Positions 50,658-63,500 of a stretch of DNA of 64,000 nucleotides are shown here, piece after piece. The stretch is from Mobula hypostoma. Its lineage: Eukaryota. The notes below the pieces were generated by a model. The model ran no database searches and had not been told where the DNA came from. It saw nothing but the letters and a program-made list of their open reading frames with translations. The first letter of the stretch is position 1, and each line of letters starts with the position of its first letter. The position numbers and the translations under genes were made by a program. Location of the stretch: positions 19,654,001-19,718,000 of the forward strand of contig NC_086108.1 in the NCBI RefSeq assembly GCF_963921235.1. Reading direction: 5' to 3'.

Positions 50658-50835
50658 TGTTGTCTGTGCACAACTACATATTGATTATAATAAGAGCACA
50701 CACGGGAGTTGGCTTTGACTGGTGTATTCCCATTGCAACAAGATAGAGGGCAATGTACATGCGCAGATGACAGATCAATACAGTGCTGGGGAGGGGGGAG
50801 TTGTTGCTCTAAAAGAAGTAGATTCATAGATTACA
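50658..50835 (-). repeat. 5' LTR of the Gypsy element
   Basis: TGTAAT...ACAACA followed by AATTGGCAAC, a degenerate PBS. Confidence 0.88.
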
Positions 50836-51959
50836 GGGTCTGCCTTGGATAACCGTGACATTTTCTGTGCCTTGTCATGCCCTTTGCTCTCCACAGTGTT
50901 GCAGTGCCACCTTTGTAGCCGTTGGATCTCACTGTAGATCTCATCCATCAGAGCTGACTTCCCATGCTAGGACAGACATGTTTTATCTCACTGGGGTATG
51001 AGGCCAGTGGCTAACCTCAATAGCTACTTGGAGCCAAAGGTGAGAACTGAGTGTCCAAAGGTGAGTAAACAGCCCTGGAGTTAACACAAGAAGCTAATTC
51101 ACCAGAGGTGCTGCCCATACACTCCTGTCTGTGGAGTAACAGGGTGTTAATGGGCACATCTAAGAGAATAGAATACAGAAATGAAGTGGGACAATGGAAT
51201 TGCTCAAGGGCTAGCACAGACTTAATGGCTGAGTGGCCTCCTTCTATGTCAAAAAGGAATATGAGAAAACAACTGAGGTGTATTGGCCGTTCTGCATATC
51301 AGTGCGGAATTCCTTAGAGGATAATTTCTGTTAATGCTTTTCTTGCTCTGCAAATCTGTGACCTTGGACAAACATCCACAAGTTAAAAGCAGAGAAAATG
51401 CCAACACAGTTGTTCTGGTGTAATTCACTGTAACAGTAGAGGTTGAAAACTCTGCTTGTGGCAAAGCAATAAAAAGGAACTAGCCAGGAGGGAATGCGAA
51501 GGTCCATTGGAACAATCGAGTGAAGTAGATAGGTGCAGGAAGATCGATGGACAATATCAAGAAATGGATGAGGATTTCAGATTTAAAAAGAACTTTAATC
51601 TGCATTTGTGGACTTGCAAATCAAGGAACAAATCACATGCGGCAGAGATGGTCCAAGCATCGCTCATTGTTCTCTCAAATAATGACTGCCCCAGCATCTA
51701 AACTGAGAAAGTGATTTTTTAAAACATTGAAAGGTCATTGCAAAAGGGTGGAATGGTAACTGGATCCTTTGGGATCTTACCAGTGCAAATTTTGTCAAGA
51801 TTTTGGTGATGAATAGTTAATTACAACAAGGGCCATGGAGAATGGCAGATGATAACAATAGTGTGTGAGGGTGTTCCTTGTTATTGGACAATTCAATTAT
51901 TTCCACGTAATGGGAGAAAACCACAACCTTCCAACCATGACGTCCAAAGAGCACCTCAC

Positions 51960-52157
51960 ATCCTTGTTTCTCTCCGCGCCTTGTGGCACAGCGGGTGGCA
52001 ACCATGCCATTTCTTCAGCAGTTTTCGATTTTTGCGAGGCCAAGTTACCAGCTGGACACTCAACCCAGTGTGGATGGAAAGCATGCAAGGAGCCGGTTGG
52101 ATTTGAACCCCGGACCTTGAAGTCTGGTGTGGATTCCACTACACCACTGGCTGGCGA
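51960..52157 (-). mobile_element. tRNA-headed SINE
   Basis: The minus strand begins GCCAGCCAGTGGTGTAGTGG...GGGGTTCAAATCC (A and B boxes). The head is related to the 1117-1319 SINE but the body differs. Confidence 0.6.
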
Positions 52158-52327
52158 GGCTTCACATCCTGTTTCATCTAAAATCTTCAACTGCCAATGT
52201 GGGATTCCCTCACTAACGTATCAAATGAATGAATTTATCAATTTCTTTCTGTCAAAGCAAAACTGGCTTCGCCCTAATAAAGGTCTTCCCTGTCTCTCCC
52301 CCTGCACCTCCTGCAACTTAAAACTAA

Positions 52328-52757
52328 CGCAAACACGAGGAAATCTGCAGATTCTGGAAATTCAAGCAACACACACAAAATGCTGGTAGAATGCAGCAGG
52401 CCAGGCAGCATCTACAGGAAGAGGTACAGTCGACGTTTCAGGCCAAGACCTTTTATCAGGACTAACCGAAAGAAGAGATAGTAAGAGATTCGAAAGTGGG
52501 GTGGGGGGGCGGGGAGAGATCCGAAATGATACGGGGAGGGATGGAGCTGAGAGCTGGAAAGTTGATTAGCAAAAGGGATACAAGGCTGGAGAAGGGAGAG
52601 GATCATGGGATGGGAGGCCTAGGGAGAAAGGAAGGGGGAGGGGAGCACCAGAGGAAGATGGAGAGCAGGCAAGGTTCTCGGCCTGATACGTCGACTGTAC
52701 CTCTTCCTATAGATGCTGTCTGGCCTGCTGCGTTCCACCAGCATTTTGTGTGTTGCT
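52328..52757. mobile_element. Penelope-derived inverted pLTR pair
   Basis: Inverted arms (about 52365-52450 versus 52670-52757) surround a purine-rich spacer. Mutated hammerhead on the minus strand at 52427-52464. Confidence 0.8.
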
Positions 52758-52959
52758 TATCTCTTTTCTACTTCTTACCAAGGGTCTTTGATCTGAAATA
52801 CTAATTGTGTTTCTCTTTCCACAGAAGCTGCTCAAATTGTTGAGTGTTTCTAGCATTTTTGTTGTTATTACAGATATCCAGTATCTGTAATTTATTGGTC
52901 CCCCCCCCCACTACAGAACAGAAACAGGCCTAAATTCCTGCTCATTTGTGCCAATCATA

Positions 52960-53182
52960 GAACCTAGAAATCTACAGCACATTACTGGCCCTTCGGCCCA
53001 CAATACTGTGCTGACCATGCAACCTACTCTAGAAACTGCCTGGAATTTCCCTTCTGCATGGCCCTCTATTTTTCTAAGCTCCATGTGTCTATCTAAGAGT
53101 CTCTTAAAAGGCCCTGTTGTATTGGCCTCTACCGCTGTCACTGGCAGTGAATCCCATGCACCCACCACTCTGCGTGGAAAAA
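52960..53182 (-). mobile_element. CR1 3' end, followed by a V-SINE remnant (~53215-53405, minus)
   Basis: RVVGAWDSLP..AVEA.T.G.FKRLLDRHM and the WAEGPV tail. Confidence 0.75.
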
Positions 53183-54483
53183 TCACCAATCTCATTATAT
53201 TCTCGTATTCCAATTAGCCCTCCTGTGATCCTACCATTCACTTGCACACTATGGACGAAAACTGGTGCTGGATTGAGCTATCAACTCCCACATCACTGGG
53301 ATGTGGAAAGAAACTAGAACATAAGGCAGAAAACCACACAGTTAAAGGCAGAATGTGCAAACTCCATGTTAACAGCATAGGGCATTTGGATTGAATTCGG
53401 GTCACTGTGATAAAGTTTAAGGGAATGGGCGATTCTCAAGATTCCTGTAAACAATGGATTGAGTACTGACTATGTCTGTGATTGTAGTGTGTTTGAATAA
53501 TGTCTCACAGCTGCCTTCTTTGGAGCAAGATAAGGGTTAAAGTTCACCCAGATCCACATAAGATATCTCTGGGCTTTTCACACTTTTTGATTTTGACAAA
53601 AAGCAGTACCTGACGGAAATTAGACAGAACATTGCTTTTTATTTAAAGCATAAATTTGACGGATGTTCATATCTTTGTAATTAAGTTGTGGCTCCAGCAA
53701 ACCAGGTAGAACATTCTTTTCTTTAATTAAGGTGGCTGGAGTGTCTAACAAATTGATTGTTCTCTGTATCAATAGTTCATTGACTTGGCTGGAATGTTAT
53801 CAAACTGATTGTTCTTTTGTATCGGTGGCCTTATAACTTCTGACAATTCTGACATCAGGCAGTGAACTTGTAGAACCACCGGGGAGATGAGAAAGGTTCT
53901 TTCCCTGATGTTGGGTCCAAGTTCACTCGCCGGCTGAGCTTGAAGAAATAAACGGGTGAAAAGATAAGTAACGATCTTTTTGTGCTGTCCTTATTTAATC
54001 CAGCAAAGTTACGTTTACAACTGGCACCATGAAGTACAGCAGCTATGTCTGTTTTGCCGCTGTACTGCCCTTTTGAGGAGAATACTGAATTTTGAAGAGC
54101 AAAGTTTTTGCTTTCTTGAGAAACCAGATAACAGCATCATAGTCACAGTAAGAGGGGCCACCATGATAAAAGGAGGAAATAAGAAAGGCACAAGAAATGA
54201 GTTGTGCTTCATTGTGAACTTTGCTGCTACCTAAAGACCACCTGATGTAAAGACCTTTTGAAGGATATGAAACTGCATTTATGTGTCTCATTTCTCAATC
54301 TCAGGATTTCCTCCAAACATTTCACAGTGAGTATTTTCAAAGATATTGCAGGAAACCTGGCAGCGAGTGGACAACAGCAAGATGTTTCAGACACCAAAGA
54401 GATGATAAGCAATCCATTTTTGTTGTTGGCTGCAGAACAAATATTGGGAGAAATGGTGCCAGGGCTCCTTTTACCTCCATTGG

Positions 54484-54555
54484 AGGTGGCATATGCACTT
54501 ACTGTTTCATTGACAAGGTGGCATATACACTTACTGTTTCATTGACAAGGTGGCA
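54484..54555. repeat. 32-bp tandem duplication (2.2 copies)
   Basis: AGGTGGCATATRCACTTACTGTTTCATTGACA twice, then AGGTGGCA. Confidence 0.9.
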
Positions 54556-56302
54556 CTCTCCCATTACTGCACTTGTGGTCAAAAATATATCTTCCAGTTG
54601 CCAGTGGGTGTTGAACATTAGTTCACTGACTTTCCAAGCTAAGGAATTCTGTCATTGTTTCAAGAGTTTAGTAGCTACATTTCAGATGAACTACAGGCAC
54701 AGATTTTTAAAAGAATTCAAAAACACTGCCCAGATGCTTTACCTGTAGAATCCTATATCAACTGGCTTGTTACCATAAACTAGAAATATTGATCAAAGGA
54801 GCAATGTGTGTATAGGCTCTTTTTGAAAATCAAGAGAGGGTATACTTTTGTAGAAGTACTTCCATCATGTAACCTTGAGCAAGTCGTTTCAGTTTGGTAA
54901 TTCAGAGATTAAATTCTGTGACTGACATCTCCCCAATACATATCCGAAAAGCAGCTGCTGCCCCCTCTCAGTTTGTGTCTCCTCCTCTGCAACCCTTCCC
55001 CTACTGCCTGTAGATTATACATAGCTGTTCTAATGATGGAAGAATTTGTACATTGGAGCTTGTGGAATTTTTGAAATGATCTGGTCTTTTCCAAGTGAAC
55101 AAGTTGTGCGGTCCTGGCTTTCAAAAGTGAATGGGGTGGTCCTGTGACCATGCTTGAATGACTGGTGCCTGAAGGAAGGTGGGGGAGGGGAGGGTAAAGA
55201 ATTAGGCAAGGTGAACTTGATTGACGGTAAGCTTTCCTGTTGTTACAAGGAGGGGGTTGGGTGACATCAAGTTCACATAACTAGCAGCACTTAAAGTATG
55301 GCTGACCCCTTTCATTTCACTGTTAATTTGCAGTGCCTTGTTAGAAACAGTTCAGTGAATCTTTGTTCTGGAGTGCTGCCATGGCCAGGGAATTGAGCAC
55401 GGGTGCACAGGCTGTGCATGGTCGTCATGGGAACTGAGTATTATGAGAGGAGTAGTTGGTGCTTGCAGTCTTTCGTATCTCTGAGGAGTTGATGCAGTGG
55501 TAATCTTATTTACTATGAGGCTATGGTTTGCCCAAGGACCTGCTGATGAAATGATTTTAGTTGTTTCTCTTGGTGCATGAAGAAGTTTCTGTTTATTTCA
55601 TATGCAGAGGAATGAGAAAGATGTGGCCCTGAGTGTAGTAGAGATTGCTTAAAACAAGTCTTTTTTTTTGTTCATTTCTTTTCACGGGGGACATTTTAAG
55701 GTTTTGTTTAGTCTGTTGCATTTTACATTGGCAAGATGCAGATTGATCTTAGAATTCAGCAGTTTTTCCTTGTTTTTTTTTAAGAAGCTTCAGTCTGGAA
55801 CTTATTACACTCCTTCGGGTGTGACGCGAAGTAATGTTACCTCTGGGATAGGCACTGGTATTTAAAACGGTGGTTTTCATTACACCTGTCATTCTGAATC
55901 TCATTCATTGTGTGGAAGGGTGGGGAAACCGTTCAGGTTTGAACTCATAATTTTTTGACATCCAACGTTCATTTAAAATTTCTGTTTGGTGGGTTTTGGG
56001 ACAGAAAGCTTTGCAGAGCTTTCTCGAAGTTTTTCCAGTCAGGAATGACAAAAAGCAATTGCCTATGGTTTGCATGCATGATTATCTGCCAAAGCCAATT
56101 AATTTTGGATTCAATCATTTCTTGTCATCCACCTTACTTTCAGTAAATTACTCGACGTCCCTTTAAGATCACAAACAACTATAAGCCAGGAAAGTAAGAG
56201 GAACATAATCATACTTCAGTTATTACCAACATTTTGGAAGAATAGCAATGGAAAAGGCTCAATAGCAATTTTAAAAAGTAAACACAAAAGGAAATATTTA
56301 CT

Positions 56303-56520
56303 CAACACACATCGAAGTTGTTGGTGAATGCAGCAGGCCAGGCAGCATCACTAGGAAGAGGTACAGTTGACGTTTCGGGCCAAGACCCTTTGTCCTGATG
56401 AAGGGTCTCGGCCCGAAATGTCGACTGTACCTCCTCCTCGAGATGCTGCCTGGCCTGCTCCAGCAACTTTGTTGTGTGTTGCTTGAGTTTCCAGCATCTA
56501 CAGATTTCCTCGTATTTGTG
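56303..56520. mobile_element. 218-bp palindromic Penelope-derived element with minimal type I hammerhead motif (56392-56425, +)
   Basis: About 80-bp inverted arms; GTC-CTGATGA-A-GGG tctcgg CCC-GAAA-TGTC-GAC; perfect 14-bp TSD AGGAAATATTTACT at 56289-56302 and 56521-56534. Confidence 0.88.
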
Positions 56521-57094
56521 AGGAAATATTTACTGATGGGGAAAGAGCAAGAATAATGGAGCGATTTTTTTTTTTGTCTTTCAAGCAGCTGGCATAGGCA
56601 TGTATAATAGAGAGAATAATTTTCTATTGTAACACTGCTGATACTCAGTGTTGCAAGTGTGTGTAGATGGGCTGTTTGGCTGAGTCCTATTTTGTCAGTT
56701 TTGTGCATACCTGTTAAATGGGGGCAGGTAGTTCAGCTTATTGTTGGGAGGAAGTGTGCAGCTGTGACCTTACCCACTTCATCCTCTGGCAGTCAGCCCT
56801 GCATGTTGTAGGGCAAGGTTCCTGCTCTATTCGCATGTTGCATGCTTGAGTAAACACACATGATGTAAGAACACGCTCTACACCTGGCGGAAAGTGGTAC
56901 TTTACCCTTAATCTACAGTGCGGAAATCACTTTTTTAAAGTTGTGTTAGTATTGACGAGTTGGTCTGTATCAACAGATTTACAACAGGTACCCAACTGAT
57001 GGTGAAGTCAGGAGCATCATAGCTGCTACAAAGTCTACCAGCTTTTTCAACTTTGTATCATCTTTCAGCAATTTAGTTAAAAGGGATAACTTCA

Positions 57095-57425
57095 GTTCTT
57101 GTGTCCCACTATTCAGGACATTTACAGAGACAGGTGTGTAAGAAGGGCCCAACTACACCCCAACTACAGACTGTTCCAGCTGCTACCATCGGGGAAATGG
57201 TACCACAGCATAAAAGCCAGGACCAGCAGGTTCCAGGACAGCTTCTTCCACCAGGCCATCAGACTGATTAATTCATGCAGATACTATTGTACTTCTATGT
57301 TATATTGACTGTCCTGTTGTACGTACTATTTATTACAAATTATTATAAATTGCACATTTAGATAGAGATATAACAAAGAATTTTACTCATGTCTATGAAG
57401 AATGTAAGAAATAAAGTCAATTTGA
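57095..57425 (+). mobile_element. Rex/L2-type LINE 3' fragment
   Basis: PTIQDIYRDRC...HPNYRLFQLLPSGKWYHSIKARTSRFQDSFFHQAIRLIN followed by an AATAAAGTCAATT tail. Confidence 0.75.
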
Positions 57426-57657
57426 TTCAGATATGAGTTATTGTGCATTTTTGTTCTATTAGTGGAAAACTGTCTTTTCAAGTTGAAATTATAATATTAC
57501 TTGAGTGTCTGTGCCAGTTGGTGTGACAGAAGAGATTACATGTAATGGGTTTCAGTTCATGTTTCCCTGCATTTCTACCCTTACCACCATGAATTATCAC
57601 TGTTCCAGAAATTATGTAATTGGCAGGTTCCTAAGGATGCTTAACATGCTTGACTCT

Positions 57658-57810
57658 AAGGGAGAGTGATAATGATTTTTTGAAGAGCATCTGAGTGAAG
57701 AGGCAACAGTGGATTGTGATTCCAGGAAGAAGTGCAAGGGAGAGTGATGCTGATTTTTGAAGTGCGTCTGAGTAAAGGCAACAGTGGATTGAGGTTCTGG
57801 GATGAAGAGC
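57658..57810. repeat. Diverged ~78-bp tandem duplication
   Basis: AAGGGAGAGTGAT...GGCAACAGTGGATTG...GAAG occurs at 57658 and 57736. Confidence 0.8.
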
Positions 57811-58292
57811 TCATTATCCAATTTCAAGTCAGCATTGAAAACTTGCTGAAGATCCAATGCTTCGAGGAGCCAGGCAGCAAGGAGGCCCATTTTCACTGCT
57901 GGAAAGTAACTACTTTGGCATTTGGAAGAATACCTTGCCAGATGTAGCCCATTGCAAAAGGATTGCTGCTGAAGTGAATTGGGAAACTGAGATTACTGTA
58001 GAACAGAGGTTCCCAAAGTGGACGATATTGCACCCCTGGGGACAATAGGAGCTTCTAAGGGAGCAATGAAGGTATAGGGATGGTGAGGAGAATGGGGCTG
58101 CTCCGCAGTAAGGTGGGCAGCTGAGGGATTACAGGCTTAATTTAAGAAATGAATTACTTACTAAAAACATTTGATCCTCAGTGCCTCATAATTGATTACA
58201 ATGATCATGTAATCACCTCATTGCTTGCAAACCCACTGTTCTCAGACTTTGCTCGCAGTACGTTATAGTTGTTAAAGAGTAATGTGGTACTT

Positions 58293-60024
58293 ACCATAGA
58301 AACCATAGAAACTACAGCACAGAAACAGGCCTTTTGGCCCTTCTTGGCTGTGCCGAACCATTTTCGACCTAGTCCCACTGACCTGCACACGGACCATATC
58401 CCTCCATACACCTCCCATCCATGTATCTGTCCAATTTATTCTTAAATGTTAAAAAAGAACCCGCATTTACCACCTCGTCTGGCAGCTCATTCCATACTCC
58501 CACCACTCTCGGTGTGAAGAAGTCCCCCTAATGTTCCCTTTAAACTTTTCCCCTGTCACCCTAAACCCATGTCCTCTGGTTTTTTTCTCCCCTTGCCTTA
58601 GCGGAAAAAGCCTGCTTGCATTCACTCTATCTATACCCATCATAATTTTATATACCTCTATCAAATCTCCCCTCATTCTTCTACGCTCCAGGGAATAAAG
58701 TCCTAACCTATTCAACCTTTCTCTGTAACTGAGTTTCTCAAGTCCCGGCAACATCCTTGTAAACCTTCTCTGCACTCTTTCAACCTTATTTATATCCTTC
58801 CTGTAATTTGGTGACCAAAACTGAACACAATACTCCAGATTTGGCCTCACCAATGCCTTATACAACCTCATCATAACATTCCAGCTCTTATACTCAATAC
58901 TTTGATTAATAAAGGCCAATGTACCAAAAGCTGTCTTTATGACCCTATCTACCTGTGACGCCACTTTCAGGGAATTTTGTATCTGTATTCCCAGATCCCT
59001 CTGTTCCACTACACTCCTCAGTGCCTTGCCATTAACCCTGTATGTTCTACCTTGGTTTGTCCTTCCAACGTGCAATACCTCACACTTGTCAGTATTAAAC
59101 TCCATCTGCCATTTTTTAACCCATTTTTCCAGCTGGTCCAAGTCCCTCTGCAGGCTCTGAAAACCTTCCTCGCTGTCTACTACACCTCCAATCTTTGTAT
59201 CACAGCAAACTTGCTGATCCAATTTACCACATTATCATCCAGATCATTGATATAGATGACAAATAACAATGGACCCAGCACTGATCCCTGTGGCACACCA
59301 CTAGTCACAGGCCTCCACTCAGAGAAGCAATTCTCTACCACCACTCTCTGGCTTCTTCCATCGAGCCAATGTCTAATCCAATTTACCACCTCTCCATGTA
59401 TACCTAGCGACTGAATTTTCCTAACTAACCTCCCATGGGGGACCTTGTCAAAGGCCTTACTGAAGTCCATGTAGACAATATCCACTGCCTTCCCTTCATC
59501 CACTTTCCTGGTAACCTCCTCAAAAAACTCCAATAGATTGGTCAAACATGACCTACCACGCACGAAGCCATGTTGACTCTCCCTAATAAGTCCCAGTCTA
59601 TCCAAATGCTTGTAGATTCTGTCTCTTAGTACTCCCTCCAATAACTTACCTACTACCGACGTTAAACTTACTGGCCTATAATTTCCCGGATTACTTTTCG
59701 ATCCTTTTTTAAACAACAGAACAACATGAGCCACTCTCCAATCCTCTGGCACCTCACTTGTAGACAGCGACATTTAAAATATTTCAGCCAGGACCCCTGC
59801 AATTTCAACACTAGTCTCCTTCAAGGTCCGAGGGAACACCCTGTCAGGTCCCGGGTATTTATCCACTTTAATTTTCCTCAAGACAGCAACGATCTCCTCC
59901 TTTTCGATCTGTACAGTTTCCATGATCTCACTACTTGATTCCCTTAATTCCATAGACTTCGTGCCAGTTTCCTTAGTAAACACAGACGCAAAAGACCTAT
60001 TTAAGATCTCCCCCATTTCCTTTG
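58293..60024 (-). mobile_element. Young CR1 LINE, 5'-truncated
   Basis: ORFs 59774-60016, 59180-59773 and 58467-59222 give a nearly continuous RT; (TTCTATGGT)2 tail. Confidence 0.95.
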
Positions 60025-60039
60025 CAATGTGACCTGCCT

Positions 60040-60176
60040 TACTAGTCCTGATGAAGGGTCTCAGCCTGAAACATCAGCTGTTCATTCAGTTCCATAGGTG
60101 ATACCTGACCTGCTGAATTCCTTCAATATTTGGTGTGTTTCTCTGGATTTCTTGCATCAGCAGAATCTCTCGTGTT
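60040..60176 (+). mobile_element. Penelope-like pLTR remnant with decayed hammerhead
   Basis: AGTC-CTGATGA-AGGGTCTCAGCCT-GAAA-CATC followed by the family 3' terminus. Confidence 0.7.
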
Positions 60177-60533
60177 AATGGCATTTCTGTATTTGGCAGA
60201 TCATGAGAAATCTGGTCTGAAGAAAGTGTTTTTTGCTGTACACTATAGTACAGTGTTAGCTTGTACGACTCTCATGCAGTGACACAATTCCTGTGTATTC
60301 GCTTATGGTGGCGTTCAATGGGTAAAGTTCAGAACAATACTTTTTAAACGGTCTTGACTGCATTTCTGTAGCTCACAGCCTAACTGAGATATTGCTGCTC
60401 CACTTTATTTACCTTCTGGCAGAGTCAAGTTTTGCCTGAGTGAGTTTTGCTTGATGTCATAACTTTCCTCTTCATTGATCTTAGCACTTGAGGTTGGATT
60501 TAAATAGGTGATTAACTGTGGTTGTTAATCCAT

Positions 60534-63500
60534 AATGAAAAGAGCGGAGCCGACCAAACAGAAAAGTGTCGACCATATAGTGTGGAGTATCTGAAATATG
60601 GATTTATACCAGCACCAAGCAATCAACAGCAGCCAATGTTTATTGTGTGAAAATGTTTTTCAACTGAAGTAATGAAACCATTCGGGCTCTTTGAACATTT
60701 GAAGAGAATACAGTTCGATAAAACAAACAAGAAGTTGGCTTACAGTATTCTCAGTCACTTTGTGAAAATTTTCAGAAATGGATCACACTAAAAAACATGT
60801 TTGCCTGCAGTTCACAACAAAACAGTGATGGTTTGTGTGCTTCATACAACATTTCATTGCTAAACCTGGAAAACCCCATACAATGGGAGAAAGAGGATAG
60901 TAAAAGCTTTGTCAAGTATATAAAGAGTAAAAGATAGGTGAGAGTTGATATAGGACCGATAGAAAATGATGCTGGAGAAATTGTAATGGGAAATAAGGAG
61001 ATGGCGGAGGAACTGAGAGTATTTTGCATCAGTCTTCACTGAGGAAGACATCAGCAGTATACCGGACACTCAAGGGTGGCAGGGAAGAGAAGTGTGCACA
61101 GTCACAATTACAACAGAGAAAGTACTCAGGAAGCTGAATAGTCTAAGAGTAGATAAATCTCCCGGACCAGATGGAATGCACCTTCGTGTTCTGAAGGAAG
61201 TAGCTGTGGAGATTGCAGGGGCATTAGCAATGATCTTTCAAAAGTCAATAGATTCTGGCATGGTTCCGGAGGACTGGGGGATTGCAAATGTCACTCCGCT
61301 ATTTAAGAAGGGGGCAAGGAAGCAAAAAGGAAATTATAGACCTGTTAGCTTGACATCAGTGGTTGGGAAGTTGTTAGAGTCGATTGTCAAGGATGAGGTT
61401 ACAGAGTACCTGGAGGCAGAACTCAGCATGGTTTCCTTAAAGAAAAATCCTGCCTGATAAACCTAGTGCAATTTTTTGAGGAAATTACAAGTAGGCTCAA
61501 CAAGGGAGATACAGTGGATGTTGTGTATTTGGATTTTCAGAAGGCCTTTGACAAGGTGCCACACATGAGGCTGCTTAACAAGATAAGAGCCCATGGAATT
61601 ACGGGAAAGTTACATATGTGGATAGGGTGTTGGCTGATTGGCAGGAAACAGAGAGTGGGAATAAAGGGATCCCATTCTGGTTGGCTGCTGGTTACCAGTG
61701 GTGTTCCACAGGGGTCCGTGTTGAGGCCGCTTTTTACGTTGTACATCAACGATTTGGATTATGGAATAGAGGGCGTTGTGGCTAAGTTTGCTGATGATAC
61801 AAAGATAGGTGGAGGGGCCGGTAGTGCTGAGGAAACAGAGTCTGAAGAGAGACTTGGATAGATTGGAAGAATGGGCAAAGAAGTGGCAAATGAAATACAA
61901 TGTTGGAAAGTGTATGGTTATGCACTTTGGCAGAAGAACTAAAAGCGCAGACTATTATTTAAATGGGGAAAGAATTCAAAGTTCTGAGATGCAACAGGAC
62001 TTGGGAGTCCTTGTGCAGGATACCCTTAAGGTGAACCTCCAGGTTGAGTCGGTAGTGAAGAAGGCGAATGCAATGTTGGCATTCATTTTTGGAGGAATAG
62101 AGTATAGGAGCAGGGATGTGATGTTGAGGCTGTATAAGGCACTGGTGAGACCTCACTTGGAGTACTGTGGGCAGTTTTGGTCTCCTTATTTAAGAAAGGA
62201 TGGGCTGACGTTGGAGAGGATTCAGAGAAGATTCACTGGAATGATTCCGGGAATGAGAGGGTTAACATATGAGGAACGTTTGACCACTCTTGGAGTATAC
62301 TCGGAGTTTACAAGCATGAGAGGGGACCTCATAGAAACATTTCGAATGTTGAAAGGCATGGACAGAGTGGATGTGGCAAAGTTGTTTCCCATGGTGGGGG
62401 AGTCTAGTACAAGAGGGCATGACTTAAGGATTGAAGGGTGCCCATTCAGAACAGAGATGCGAAGAAATTTTTTCAGCCAGACGGTGGTGAATTTGTTGCC
62501 AAGTCAAGTCTTTGGGTGTATTTAAGGCAGAGATTGATAGGTATCTGAGTAGCCAGGGCATCAAAGGTTATGGTGAGAAGGCGGGGTGTGGGACTAGATG
62601 GGAGAATGGATCAGCTCATGATAAAATGGCAGAGCAGACTCGATGGGCTGAATGGCTGACTTTTGCTCCTTTGTCTTATGGTTTTATGGCCTAAGAACTG
62701 ATTCTACCAGCAGAAAAGAAGTTTCTGAATACGGTTTTAAGTCACCAGATGAAACATTTAAAGCAATCCTGTTCAACAACAATCCTGTTCAACTCTGTTG
62801 AAAAGGGAATGAATGAAATGGCTGAGAATGTGGAAGGCACGTTGTGCAGCATATTAGGGCAACAGAATTTGCTCTCCAGTTGGATGAGTCAATTTTGCCA
62901 GGCAATTAATCTTTGCTTCTTGGTTATGTTTGCTCCCTAAAAGAGAGAGCCTGGTTTAAGGGCTGTTATTTGTAAGGGACTAGAAGCGGATATGAAGGGG
63001 GAGTCAATATTTTGGGTTGTCAAGCAATTTTTCAGAGAAGGATATTCCACTCACCAACGTTCTTATGCAGCACATGGGGCACCATCAATGAGAGGACACC
63101 ACTCTGTATGTGTCGTACTTACCATTCACAGAGAACATCCTGTCATGAAAAAAAGCTAACTGATCACGGCACAAACCATGAAGTCCCATGCTCTGAATTC
63201 TCAACTTTTTTGAGAGCTTTGTATTGAGAATGATAAAAGTTTGAATGCTTGCTTTTACACACAGAAGTCAGATTGCTTTCAAAAGGAAACTGTCTGAGAT
63301 GCTTTATTGCGCTTTTTGAAATTGTGATAAAATTCTTTGAAGACTCCAATGCTTCATTCAGTAATCAACTCAAGAATATTAGGCATGACATTGCTTGTCA
63401 GAATTATTCATAAAGTTTAACAAAATCATTCTTAAATTGCAAGGAAATGATGTGAAACTTATCAAAGTCAAATCAGTCATCTCCACATTTGTGTCCAAGT

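Larger units (their letters stand above)
44245..50835 (-). mobile_element. Full-length but decayed Gypsy/Ty3 LTR retrotransposon (Mag-like)
   Basis: Two ~180-bp TG...CA LTRs, a PPT, a PBS remnant and TSD GGGTT/GGGTC. Order is gag (LRDRFVCG, CYRCGK...CRKC..GH), protease (MELATGSALS), RT (SDWATPIVP, ICGDFK, YPDD), RNase H ([15 protein letters not shown]), integrase (WPGIDKQIE, W.PG.I..RTGP..Y). Confidence 0.93.

Noticed and set aside
50850..51115. Possible HDV-like ribozyme in an RTE-like 5' UTR on the minus strand
   Set aside because: I could not build the nested double pseudoknot from this copy, and the family assignment is only a resemblance.
52085..52157. tRNA gene (also at ~1250-1317 and ~13434-13510)
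   Set aside because: A and B boxes are present but there is no complete cloverleaf; these are SINE heads.
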